64,000 bases of DNA from Octopus sinensis (GCF_006345805.1 NC_042999.1:169570001-169634000); one strand, 5' to 3'. Positions 12,566 through 24,120 are shown, counted from the first letter of the stretch. The notes: a model not told the origin generated them from the sequence alone. A program made the numbers and translations.

Positions 12566-12780
12566 ATAGACTCACAGAGCCAGTTTCCCAGGCATATATG
12601 TTCACCCCTGGATGGGATGCTGGTCCATCGTAACTTTACTCATTTTTGCCAGCTGAATGGACGAGAGCAATATGAAATTAAGTTTTGCTCAAGAACACAG
12701 TGCATTGCCTAGTCCAGGAATCAAAATTAATCTAAGGGTCATGACTTCAATGCCCTAACCCTAACCACTAAACCACACAC
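12566..12780 (-). mobile_element. Old SINE remnant (third family)
   Basis: Minus strand has a degraded tRNA-like head, TCTTGAGCAAAAC and GATGGACCAGCATCCCATCCAGGGG, resembling central domains of metazoan SINEs. Confidence 0.4.
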
Positions 12781-13504
12781 ACACCTCCACACTCCACACT
12801 TATAAAAAGTTAATAAAACCACCAATCACATCAGCCATCTTATTAATGGTCTTATCAAAATTGCTTTGTACTATTCTGACACTGGAGATTTTTATAATGT
12901 TGTTTAACATAATCCATATATCTTTCATAATGTTTTTATTATTCTCTAACATATTCTTTCTTTGGTATTATCCCAATATAAAAATAAATTGATATTAATC
13001 AATATATTTTCATATTTCTTTTCTACCCCTATAATTCTATACTTTATGAGTTCTCTATACCATGTGCTTCCCTTTTGTAGGCATTTTCTAGTCCCTTACA
13101 ACCTATATCTCTATATTTTTACCTGTATCTGTATATTTTAACTTTCTACTGTATTATTTCATAAGACAAATTTCAAAATTTGGTCAATATCTTCTTTGTG
13201 TTATCCAACTTCCTGTTGGTGATTCATTCTTGAATGCAATCATGAATTTCTCCTTTTACATTTGAAGTTACTGACATTTTGAGCCTCCCTGTAATTACAA
13301 CCATAAAAAAACTGGCAGATGGCCACAGACATCATTTAGTTCCAGCCCACTCACTACATTGTTATCATACTGTTTGTGGATATATCAACTATCAGAATAA
13401 TACATTACAAATTAATTTTGGTAAGTCAAGTGACTCTTTAAAAAAATATAAGCCAACATATACATAGCATTGTTATATATATATTATATGTATATAATAT
13501 ATAT

Positions 13505-13955
13505 AGGCGTAGGAGTGGCTGTGTGGTAAGTAGCTTGCTTACCAACCACATGATAACTGATGTTTTAGAATCTGCCTCAAGCTTACATGAATAACAGCAG
13601 TTGTAGATGATATCAAAGCGTTGTGAGTGGATTTGATAGACAGGCATTGAAAGAAGCTCATCATGTGTGTGTGCGTGTGTGTGCATGTGTGTGCATGTGT
13701 GTGTGTGTGTGTGTGTATGTTTTACTGTCTCCATGCCACAACATAGAGTGTGATAGTTGTAAATGCGTATCGCCGCCATGTAACCAGTGTTCTTCATTTC
13801 TAATCTTTGAAAACATGTCTAATCATAGGGAAATATTACCTTGCTTGGAAACAGGTGAGGGTTGGTAACAGGGAGGACATATGGCAGTAGAAAGTCTGCT
13901 TCGTCAAAATTCTTCTAACCCATGCAAGCACAGAAAAGTGGACATGATGGTGTTG
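13505..13955 (+). mobile_element. SINE with family-A head and RTE-type 3' tail
   Basis: Head AGGCGTAGGAGTGGCTGTGTGGTAAG; 3' part GGTTGG..AGGGAGGACATATGGCAGTAGAAA..CCCATGCAAGCACAGAAAAGTGGACATGATG matches the RTE tail; the related 3' half occurs at about 50340-50600 (-). Confidence 0.65.
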
Positions 13956-14125
13956 ATATTCAACATTTCAGAAACGCATTCTCATTCTTTTCATAGTCTA
14001 CAATATTTACTACTTACTGTTCATCACTCTCAACAGAGATGAATGACTTCTCAAAGGGCAAGCCATGATTGCATGTTATGTCTTTATTCCCTCCGAGATT
14101 ACTCCTTGCCATGTTGTGTGTGTAT

Positions 14126-14275
14126 AATAATAATAATAATAATTGTGTACAGTGCTCAGGTGCACTACAACTCATCTAAAGTGTATATATAATCAGGTGT
14201 AGTTTCGGCGGATTTCGGAAAGCATGAGGGCCTTAAAAGATGCAGTGTCATGGCAGTCAACAACTGACGCAGGCA
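14126..14275 (-). mobile_element. CR1-type LINE 3' end, second copy
   Basis: Near-identical to 3226-3390, with (TTA)n tail. Confidence 0.7.
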
Positions 14276-15009
14276 TGTATGTGTGTGTGTGTGAAATATT
14301 TGCTTGGCAAAAATTGAAAAGACCACCTACTTCTATCACTCAGTTAAGGCTTCTTAGTTCATCATTCTACACTTAACTTAATTTGAACACTTTATTCTCT
14401 CTAGATATATTTACTTATTTATATATAGTTATTATAATTTTCATTTAATATCATATCTAAAAAGAAGAAAGCAACATGAAAGTGTAAAAATAAAAAGGAA
14501 AGATTTTTACTGTTAGTACATCAAAGAAAGTGAGTTGATTATGAGAATTTGAAGTGGGTTAATAAAGACTTTCCTAAATTAATAGATGACAAAAGTAAGG
14601 GAAGATATAACTGAACTGAAAGCATATATACCCACACACACATAAGCACTAACACAAGCAGGCATACAAATGCATCTGTACGTGTATACGAAATAGATTT
14701 GAAAAGAGGGAGTGAAAGCTAGTGTATAAGGCAGAAGGCAGCTGTGCTGTGTATTCATACACTGCAGAGAAGAGGCACCGGATTAAAGATAACATTTTTC
14801 CTTGCTTGTAGGTTTCATCTCAGTCACAATTCTGGAAAGAGAAATAACCCAGCAAGTTAAATTGGCAGGCTATGGGCTTGAGCACTCTCTTAACATTGTC
14901 ACAGACATCAAGATGCTCACAATGACAGTCACCCGACCAGTGACCAAGCTCACTTGTCTACAATACATTGCAGAGCTTGCGTGCCAGGCAATGTATAAGA
15001 TTAGATAAG

Positions 15010-15370
15010 GGAGTATAGTTTCAGTGGTTAATCCTGTTGATACTTAATGAAGTTATTATTTGGAAGATGAAAGAAGAAGTATGGCATCAGGTAGGTTTGT
15101 GACTGGATGTGTATAGAATAAAAGAACTCCTTACTAGATGACCACTTGGATTTTCAGCCTTTTTTGAAGTTGGGGAGAGGTTATGAGTAGATATTGAAGT
15201 TAGTGCACACTAAAGCAGATAATTCGTAGAGTAGATGAGTGTGAAAAGAGACTAAACTTAGAAGCAGACAGGTGTGTGTTGTGAATGTGACAACATAACC
15301 AATAGATTGAGTTTGTGGGGGACACTAAAGTCAAGAATTTGAGCTGCATAACTGGAGAAATTGTGAAAAA
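15010..15370 (-). mobile_element. Degraded L2/CR1-like LINE 3' fragment
   Basis: Minus frames give remnants resembling the ASLSLFYR..SF.PRT..LWN.LP C-terminus, with frameshifts. Confidence 0.4.
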
Positions 15371-15464
15371 GGGTGGACAGATTGCGTGTGTGTGTGTGTG
15401 TGTGTAGGAACGTCAAGGGGGGAGGTTGGAGCTTTAAACCAAACAGGATGTTGGTTTAAGCAAT

Positions 15465-15748
15465 CAGTGCTTCTCAAAGAGGGTGATACCACCCCCCACC
15501 CTTTGAGCAGGGGGGTGGATTTGTATATAGGTAATGGGGAGAAGGTGGGATAGACTACTAATGGGATCTTTTAATTACTCTAATTTTCAAACATTTTTTC
15601 AATTTTTATCATGCGTACATATCATCTGATATGTATTCATATTATATTTATCATTAATGAAATGATTTATATGCAAATAGCCTTTCAAAGGCGATCAACC
15701 TTTAAGGAATAAGAGGGCGATAGTTAAAAAAAAGTTTCAGAAGTGCTG
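15465..15748. mobile_element. Probable hAT-type MITE
   Basis: Ends CAGTGCTTCTCAAA / TTTCAGAAGTGCTG; flanking 8-mers do not match, so no TSD is confirmed. Confidence 0.45.
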
Positions 15749-15974
15749 ATGTAGAATGTCCCTCTTTAGTTCCTTATTGTTTTACTCCGGGTCGAGCAGA
15801 CGACGTATGATCATAGTCATTCTCAACTGTGACCTTTCTGTCTTTTAAGTCATAGTTTATCTCGGTCTACTTTATCCAATATTTTCCCGTTTTCGTTAAA
15901 ACAACAGAGTATGATTTGCTGAGAGATTTGGTTGCTGTTACTAGCAAGTTGAGCGTCCACATAGCTCCTAATTC

Positions 15975-17890
15975 GGTTAATATAGGGCGTAACAAATATC
16001 AGAAAATCAAAAAAAAAATGTGTGTAATAGGTGTAAAACAACTTCCTATGAACGAATATGAAAAAAAAAATTCGCGCACGCCAAAGGGGGGTGGGGGAGA
16101 GGCCTCGGAAAATTCACATCGGGAAGTTCCGAAAGCGTCTGAGGAGCTGACCCGGGCACCAAAACAAAAAAAAAATAGTGTAATATGTGTAAAACAACTT
16201 GCTCTAAACGAATATGACAAAAAAAATGCGCTCTCGAGAAAGAGGGGTTAGGGGAGAGGCCTCGGAATATTTATATCGGGAATTTCCGAAAGCATCTGAA
16301 CCGGGCACAAAACAAAAACAAAAACAGCGTAATAGGTGTAAAACAACTTGCTCTAAACGACTATCATGAAAAAAATGCGCGCTCGCGAAAGGGGGGTGGG
16401 GGAGAGGCTTCGGAAATTTCACATCTTCAGTCCACGGCCTTTAAACTAAGAAAAAATAGTGTAATTGGTGTAAAACTACTTGTTCTAAACGAGTATCAAG
16501 AACACACACTCACACATGAATCATAAACTCCGTATTTCGCAAAAAAAAAAAATAAAGAGAAGAAATTCTGGAAAAAGTGAAGAAATGTTGGATCTCCGCC
16601 ATGTGAATCAAAATACGTGTCAGAAACATCTTGAAATACTACAGAAATTATGTTACGAAAATGATAATGTATACATACCTCTTTGAGTGGTCCATCGATA
16701 ATGATGATAAAGAAATGAGTTGGATTTGAACTCAGAATATTGACTAACACAACTACATACTACAAGACTCAAAATATTCAGCCAAGTCACCACCCTTTAA
16801 CTAGCAATAATAATAACATCAATAACATAACAGCCAAAAGATTTATTTGTTCTGAAAATAACAATCATAGTAAATAAATATGTTCTTTAATATTCACATT
16901 CATGTGCACAGTTAAACACACTTACATACAAACAGTCACGCATGCATAATACAGAACGGAACACATAAATGAAGGATGCATTACTTAGTATATATTACAT
17001 CTAGAGAATTTTGATTAATAAGTCAAATATGCAAATTATAAAGATAATTAATTGCTTTACTAAACAGTGTTGTAAAGGTGAAAAAATAAATTTGGGAAAA
17101 AAATACACGCCAAAACTAATTAATAAAGGATAATTAGGGAAGGATTGACACAAAATAATAATTTTTTCTGTCTCTTTTTTTCTGATAAATGCATCTTAAT
17201 AAGTGAGAAGAATTGCATATATCTGAACTATTTCAAAGAAAAGCATAAATTTAATGTTTAAAATAGCTTTAACCAAGGAATGAGATCCAACATTTCTTCA
17301 CTTTTTCCAGAATTTCTTCTCTTTATTTTTTTTTTTTGGCGAAATACGGAGTTTATGATTCATGTGTGAGTGTGTGTTCTTGATACTCGTTTAGAACAAG
17401 TAGTTTTACACCAATTACACTATTTTTTCTTAGTTTAAAGGCCGTGAACTGAAGATGGGAAATTTCCGAAGCCTCTCCCCCACCCCCCTTTCGCATTTTT
17501 TTCATGATAGTCGTTTAGAGCAAGTTGTTTTACACCTATTACGCTGTTTTTGTTTTTGTGCCCGGTTCAGACGCTTTCGGAAATTCCCGATATAAATATT
17601 CCGAGGCCTCTCCCCCACCCCTCTTTCTCGAGAGCGCATTTTTTTTTTCATATTCGTTTAGAGCAAGTTGTTTTACACATATTACACTATTTTTTTTTTG
17701 TTTTGGTGCCCGGGTCAGCTCCTCAGACGCTTTCGGAACTTCCCGATGTGAATTTTCCGAGGCCTCTCCCCCACCCCCTTTTGGCGTGCGCGAATTTTTT
17801 TTTTCATATTCGTTCATAGGAAGTTGTTTTACACCTATTACACACATTTTTTTTTTGATTTTCTGATATTTGTTACGCCCTATATTAACC
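15975..17890. mobile_element. Foldback-type DNA transposon: TIRs 15975-16596 and 17282-17890, 685-bp spacer, 8-bp TSD CCTAATTC
   Basis: CCTAATTC|GGTTAATATAGGGCGTAAC ... GTTACGCCCTATATTAACC|CCTAATTC; each arm has three about 150-bp subrepeats plus a partial fourth; no transposase ORF. Confidence 0.92.
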
Positions 17891-18279
17891 CCTAATTCTT
17901 ACATGACATGAGGTCATCGACTCACTAGCAGATCTAGCACTAAATCACAAAAATCAGACTTTTTTTTTCCTATTCAACTGCTAAGAAGTACTTTCACAAC
18001 AAAATAAACGGAAAAGATGAAAACATTAACAATATTGTAAGAAAAGGCGAGAGAAAAGTGCGACAGCGAACGTTGACTTGACTGCAATAAACAAACGAAG
18101 GCGAGTGCGTGAAAGTAAAAGAGAAAAAGAGTGTGTGTGGATTGTCGGAAGGAGTGTAGACTTTATATAATGCTTTTTAAAAAGTCGTTAGGATTTGGCT
18201 AAAACCTATTTATTTAGTGTTAGTTTTTGTTCAAATCCTGACGACCTTTTTCTCATGTATATGTATGTATGTATGTATG

Positions 18280-18325
<46 letters not shown>

Positions 18326-18360
18326 TATATACATACACGCACTCGCGTAAAATTATTCCA

Positions 18361-18394
<34 letters not shown>

Positions 18395-18400
<6 letters not shown>

Positions 18401-18705
18401 GAGGGCATTATTACATATAAATGCCTCACGCTAAGAGGGACATAAGTCATTTCTACCAAAAATTTTACTAATCATACCCAATGGCGGTGCCCCAGCATGG
18501 CCACAGCTCATAAGCTGAAACTAGAATCAATCAATCAATCAATGCAGTTTTTCAAAGCAAGACATTTAAAAAATGAATTTAGTCTTATTTTTTTTATGTC
18601 TTGCTTTGAAAAACTGCATTGGGTATGATTAGTAAAATTTTTGGTAGAAATGACTTATGTCCCTCTTAGCGTGAGGCATTTATGTGTAATAATGCCCTCT
18701 ATATA
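18395..18705. repeat. 110-bp-arm palindrome (1 mismatch, 30-nt loop) with a 61-bp retro-insertion in the left arm
   Basis: 18395-18483 plus 18545-18565 is the reverse complement of 18596-18705; insert 18484-18544 ends in (AATC)n with CAATG duplicated. Confidence 0.9.
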
Positions 18706-21158
18706 TAAATTAATATGTTCAATAAGAAAGAATTATTTTCGAAATTTTTCTCTTATGAGGTTTTTCACGCTATCTGCCTGATAATTTCTTGTTAAGATTC
18801 CTTATTAAGAAGTTATCCTTAATTGTTAAATATATATATATATATTGGTAAAAACGGTAAGATAACAAAAGAAAGAAAGAGACCTCAATATTATGTAAAT
18901 AGAGGAAATTTATCTATATATATAGGTAACACAGTAAGCAACTTAAACAGTCGACGCTAACAAACACGTGAATCCAGCGAGAAACTTTCTATAAAAGAGA
19001 GTGCGTGATTTACACATGCCGTAGTCCGAAAACAGGAAGCACACATCGGAGACTACAGCCCTTAATACACAAAAAAAGATACGTTCAAGGATGAAACACC
19101 TTTGACCAAAGAGGTATTTAATTAGCGTTACACTAAGGTTAAACAACTACAGTGTACATACACACAATTATTAGACAGGAGAAAAATCCTGATCTGGTAC
19201 ATAAACCCAAGATTCTAAACATTGATGAATGGTGAAATTACCTCAGACAGACGTGGACGAATTACACGTGACGGAACTGAAATGTTTTAAAAAGCTGATT
19301 GCAGTCGGAGCCGCTGATTAAGACTTCGTGCAAAATCTAGCCCTGGCCGGGTGCGTGCGCAGAAACTGCGGCAAACGAAGCAACAGACTACTATTGACAC
19401 TTCTTATCTAAGTACTTTTCTTTTTTTTTTTTATTGACAAAGGGTCTTCGGGTTTCTTTGCCAAGTTTTATCAGTGAACAGGTCGCGGTTTCAAAGCGAC
19501 GAAAATATTTTGACACAAATGAAAATTGCGTGTTGAAGTAAAACTAACGGCTTTTGCGTGTTCTTGCAAATATCTTCCACGCTGCAGTTGTTTTTGTTTC
19601 AGCACACGATCTCACATCAAGTCACTTGCTATGCAAGTACATCTCTGTAATTATTTTTTTCTTTTAATCAGAATCTGATAAAGATTACAGGATTTAAGAT
19701 TGCAGTAACTATCTGTAATCATATATTTTGTTTACCTTTGAAGAATATAGGTATATTTAGTCTACATCTTTTAGCATTAGTTGTTTTACTTTCTGAAAAT
19801 TTTAAATGCTGTTAGTTTCAGATTCTGAATCTGATGTTCAAAACGAAAAGAGAAAGAAAGAAATCAAGGCTGTAAAAAAATGCGTAAAAAGATTAGCATG
19901 GCCAAATATAATCAGGTGGGTTTGATAAATCAGGGCCTCAATTAAAGGCTGTTAACCATCCCCGTTAGTTTCCCTGTGCGTGACATGAAATATTATCACT
20001 AATACCGATTTTTCGACGTTGATTTCGTTTTCTTCTTGGATTTTACATCCACAGATGTAGGAAGGAACCCTGGCCGCCTCCACACATGCACAAAAATGCA
20101 AAAATACATACATAACTCGCACTTTATAAATATGCAAGGCTTTTCTCAAGTTTAAAGTGTGACAATCTACATTCTACAAAAGGCTGTATTAGTAATAATA
20201 TTTCATGTGTTTATAGTCGACAACAGGGAAACGAACGAACGAACGAATCTTGACAAGTTTCAGACTTATTCAGATTGATTGCCCAAACATACTGTATGAA
20301 AGATTACATTATCCAGTGTCTTTCTTCAGAACAATAAGTTTTGATTTGATGTAGATTTGGGTATTATTCTTAAAGGACTCGAGTAACAACATAAAGGTAC
20401 CCTCATTGACTCGATTGTTGTTTATCACATACCAGCTCTGATCAAGTAGACCCATATTCAAAGATATTTCAGCCGTGACCGTCAATAGAATAATTCGCAA
20501 GTGTTATAGATTAGTTAACCGTGAGAAAAGAAACATTTTTCGAGCACTACCCTTCGTCGGAGCGATTGAGAGAAGAGAGAGAGAGAGCAATGAAGGAATA
20601 GAGGAAACGGAATCACACAGCAGAGGGGAGATCATCAAGAATTTCTCTCGCAGAACTACGAAGAACAGGAATAGGCAACATGGGAATGGTTATTGATGAG
20701 TATGCCCTCAAATTTAGAAGCAGAAAGCCAATTTTGAGGAGCGAGTGAGATCACGAGAACACTAGAATCTACTAGAAGAATACACTTGTGTTTTTCTCCG
20801 TCACAACGTATGAATGAGAAAGGAAGGGGTGATGGCGAACTACTAGTGGGAGCATTTCAACTGTGTGTGTGTGTAAAAGGGAGATGTGTGAATGTTCGTA
20901 TGTGTGAACTCGCACTATTTCAGGAACAAACGATGGTTGATGTCACATCTCAAAAGACAACCACTGGATGACATTGACAAGTGTATTAATTTGATTTACC
21001 ATCCATATTTATATATAAAATACTACACTTAGCTGTCATATAAAATACTACAATTAGCCAGCTATATATAGTTAATCCAAACATGAAAACACAACAACGT
21101 GAGGACGTAGAACAAATATAGTATTATTGGAGGCTCAGGAAGGAAGGGAAGAAGGAGG

Positions 21159-21193
21159 GTTTAACGTTTCGAGCGGAGCTCTTCGTCAGAAAC
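21159..21193 (-). ncRNA. Minimal type I hammerhead ribozyme motif (PLE type)
   Basis: Minus strand: GTTT CTGACGA A GAGC tcc GCTC GAA ACGT T AAAC. Stem I GTTT/AAAC, stem II GAGC/GCTC, 4-nt palindromic stem III ACGT. Confidence 0.6.
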
Positions 21194-21261
21194 ATAGGAA
21201 AAGGAAAGATCCAGAGAAGGGAAGACGGAGGAAAAAAAATCGCCAACGGTACACACGCGGT

Positions 21262-21311
<50 letters not shown>

Positions 21312-21531
21312 CAGCTATTTGGCTTTATGTCACAAAAAAAGGACACTCGGTAAGAGTGAAACAGCAGTAATATATCGTCGAACAGTATATTACTGGTTAT
21401 GGCAAAATATTACTGCCAGTTTCACACCAACTATTGCTCCTAGGCAATATTGCCAACTCTTTAGACATGCTGGTTGGAAATGTGTAGCGTCTTCTACTCA
21501 TCTATCTATCTCTGTGTGTATGTGTGTGTTC

Positions 21532-21662
21532 CCACACAGGGACGATGCCTTGGCATTTTCAAGAGGGGGAAACAGCCATGCCCTCGACAGGCACAGGAAG
21601 GACCTAACCTATACCCTCAAATTCCTCAGGCTCAAAATTACAACAGAGACAAACTTTAAAAT
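21532..21662 (+). mobile_element. Penelope-like RT core fragment (Naiad-like)
   Basis: HRDDALAFSRGG..DRHRKDL..LKFLRLKITTETNFK; HRDD corresponds to the YRDD catalytic motif. Confidence 0.55.
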
Positions 21663-21664
21663 AA

Positions 21665-21885
21665 TAGGCCTCACCGAGGAAATGACTAGTGACCGAGACC
21701 TTTGGTAGTATGCTGTGCGTGAGAAGACCCGGCAGGACAAGTGAGACCATAACCCGTAGCCTCTACCTGGGATGTAGCCAGTCCACTTATGGATACCTTT
21801 CCTTCTTGGGACACAAAACTCTACTTGTGAAGACCTGTTGAGGCAAGTGAAAATCGAAATTGATCAACATCAATGGAAATTGTGG
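21665..21885 (+). mobile_element. RTE LINE ORF end and proximal 3' UTR
   Basis: GLTEEMTSDRDLW..AVREKTRQ; homologous to 27750-27920 (-). Confidence 0.75.
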
Positions 21886-21888
21886 ATC

Positions 21889-22957
21889 TTTTCTGTTTGA
21901 TGGACGGAATTTTCTAGTTAACTAAACAATTTGAAACTTCGTATACTTGTAGAATGTGTCAAAAGAAAACATTATTGTAAACAAAATTGTAATTCGTAAC
22001 TTGAACGTAGTTTAATTCTACGAATTTTAACCAATGAAATCGCAGCATTCGAGCTAAAATTATTTGCTGCGTCTAAAATCTCACACGCACTAGTCTTATT
22101 CATCATTTCTCTCTCTTCTGTCTTCTACATGTGCTAGAAATAACAGCTATATCTATTAAATCGATGAATTTCGTCGCCCAATAAAAATATTAACGATATT
22201 TTTTGAATATTTTCTTTATTTTTTTTTTACCGAAAAGGCTTCTCCCATGGTTTTGAAGGGCCAGAAACAACAAAAACAAAACAATAATATGCCTAAATCG
22301 GTCTAGAGTTTTTCGCGTGGAGTGTGAGTCGTATTATTTTTATTTTTTATTTTATCTAGTTTCAGCTCACGAGCTGTGGCCATGCTGGGGCACCGCCATT
22401 TGTAAAAATTTTCGAAATATTTTTTCATAAAAGATGCCCCAGCTTGTCGGAAACTGTGATATAAATTGGGGAAAAAATCCTCGACACCAGTGCGTAATTG
22501 GTACTTAATTTATCGACCCCGAAACGATGAAACATTGAGCCCCCCCCCCCCCCACTTCTGGTTTATTTACCTTTTGTGTAAATCTGTTACGGCAAGGGGC
22601 AACTCACGAACGTGTATGTATGCTTGTGTGCGTATGTGTGTGTATGTATATCTCCGTTTGTATGTGTGTGTACGCTTATATATTAATTACTATGTGCTTG
22701 TGCAAATGTGCGTGTGTGTGTGTGTGTCGTGCATCTGCTATGTTTATCAATATCGATAACGCAGCAATGCTGGGATTTCATTGGTTAAAATTCGAAGATG
22801 CTGGGATTTCATTGGTTAAAATTCGTAAAATTAAACTACGTTTAAGTTACAAATTACAATTTTGTTTTCAATAATGTTTTCTTTTGACACATTCTACCAG
22901 TTTACGAAGTTTCAAATTGTTTAGTTAACTAGAAAATTCCGTCCATCAAACAGAAAA
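21889..22957. mobile_element. Inverted-repeat (MITE/foldback-like) element with arms about 170 bp
   Basis: TTTTCTGTTTGATGGACGGAATTTTCTAGTTAACTAAACAATTTGAAACTTCG (21889-22070) recurs inverted at 22797-22957; the interior holds SINE fragments and a TG microsatellite. Confidence 0.6.
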
Positions 22958-23636
22958 CTATTTTCAGATATCAAGCTAGTATAAATAAAACTATCGGCGG
23001 AATTCTGATTGAAACACCCCATATAACCCCTCATCCAATTGTATTTTTTGGAGTTTTCAAAAAATTCTTGCGGATTTGAGTTCTACACACACTGATTCAA
23101 ACAATTATGGGGAAAATTATTTTTTGTGTGTAATTTAAAGGCGATTTAACTGAGCATATTTCACGACTACTTAATACCTTCCTCGTTTCGTTGTCACTCG
23201 GACATGTATTAATGTTTTTCAATATTTTTCTCCCCAGTAACACATTTAATGGAATGACGATGCACCCAAGGGTGGTCAATTGCTAGGATTTAAGCAAAAA
23301 ATTCAGACTTGCCGGATTTTAAACTTGGATTAAAATAAAAAATTCGAAAAAGAATGGAAGTTTTAGGATTTGGTGTGGGAAGGGTTTTAAAAATTTAAAA
23401 AAAAAGTGTTTTCTCTTCTTAATTGTATGAATTCCCTCAAAACTTTTTCTGAAAATCTCCAAAGGTAAAAAAAAAAAGTTATATGGGATGCTTAAATCCG
23501 AATTCCCCCAAGCAATCTCCTCAAACATCAACTTATCCTTGGCGGCCCATGGATCTTTCAATCCATCTTAGTAAATGCTGATTTCAAATTTTTGGCTCCA
23601 TTGAATCCAGGACTCAACTGCTACTTATTTCATTGA

Positions 23637-23869
23637 AGGCGGCGAGCTGGCAGAAACGTTAGCGCGCCGGGCGAAATGCTTAGCGGTATTTCGTCTGCGT
23701 TACGTTGTGAGTTCAAATTCCGCCGAGGTCGACTTTGCCTTTCATCCTTTCGGGGTCGATAAATTAAGTACCAGTTACGCACTGGGGTCGATGTAATCGA
23801 CTTAATACCCATGTCTGTCCTTGTTTGTCCCCTCTATGTTTAGCCCCTTGTGGGTAATAAAGAAATAGG
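23637..23869 (+). mobile_element. SINE family B, intact, 15-bp TSD
   Basis: A-box-like GGCGAGCTGGCAGAA, B-box GAGTTCAAATTCC; TSD TACTTATTTCATTGA at 23622-23636 and 23870-23884; inserted into an older antisense family-B copy. Confidence 0.92.
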
Positions 23870-23930
23870 TACTTATTTCATTGACCTTGAAAGGATGACT
23901 TCGGCGGAATTTGAACTCGGAACGTAAAGA

Positions 23931-24024
23931 CGGACAAAATTCTGCTAGCTTATCGCCGCTATGTATTTACATAGCGGCGGCTATGTATTTACATAGCGGC
24001 GATAAGCTAGCAGAATTTTGTCCG
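23931..24024. repeat. Perfect palindrome (35-bp arms) with internally duplicated hairpin
   Basis: CGGACAAAATTCTGCTAGCTTATCGCCGCTATGTA (23931-23965) / TACATAGCGGCGATAAGCTAGCAGAATTTTGTCCG (23990-24024). Confidence 0.93.
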
Positions 24025-24120
24025 GACCACTATTTGTAGTGTTCACAATAAAACGGGCACCGTGCTTGTGTATATTTCCTGTCGAGCGAAATCTGGTGGC
24101 TTGTTGCATCATCCTTTTGG

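Noticed and set aside
12750-12790. Interstitial telomeric repeat (CCCTAACCCTAACC)
   Set aside because: Only about two units, within a degraded SINE head; expected by chance.
15916-17866. Apparent duplicated protein-coding ORFs (15916-16251 +, 17539-17847 - and their antisense partners)
   Set aside because: They are translations of the two arms of the foldback TIR; low complexity and no protein family motifs.
20531-20560. Additional hammerhead (minus: CCGACGA A GGG..CTC GAAA AATG)
   Set aside because: Core U4 is changed to C and stems I and III are not recoverable; at most an inactive relic of the 21159-type family.
21127-21708. 193-aa ORF as a novel gene
   Set aside because: Chance read-through across a hammerhead-bearing repeat, (TA)n, a PLE RT fragment and an RTE end; the start is TTG.
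23637-23730. tRNA genes (also the heads at 33520, 43331 and 58400-58510)
   Set aside because: A/B boxes are present but there is no complete cloverleaf; these are SINE heads followed by SINE bodies and TSDs.
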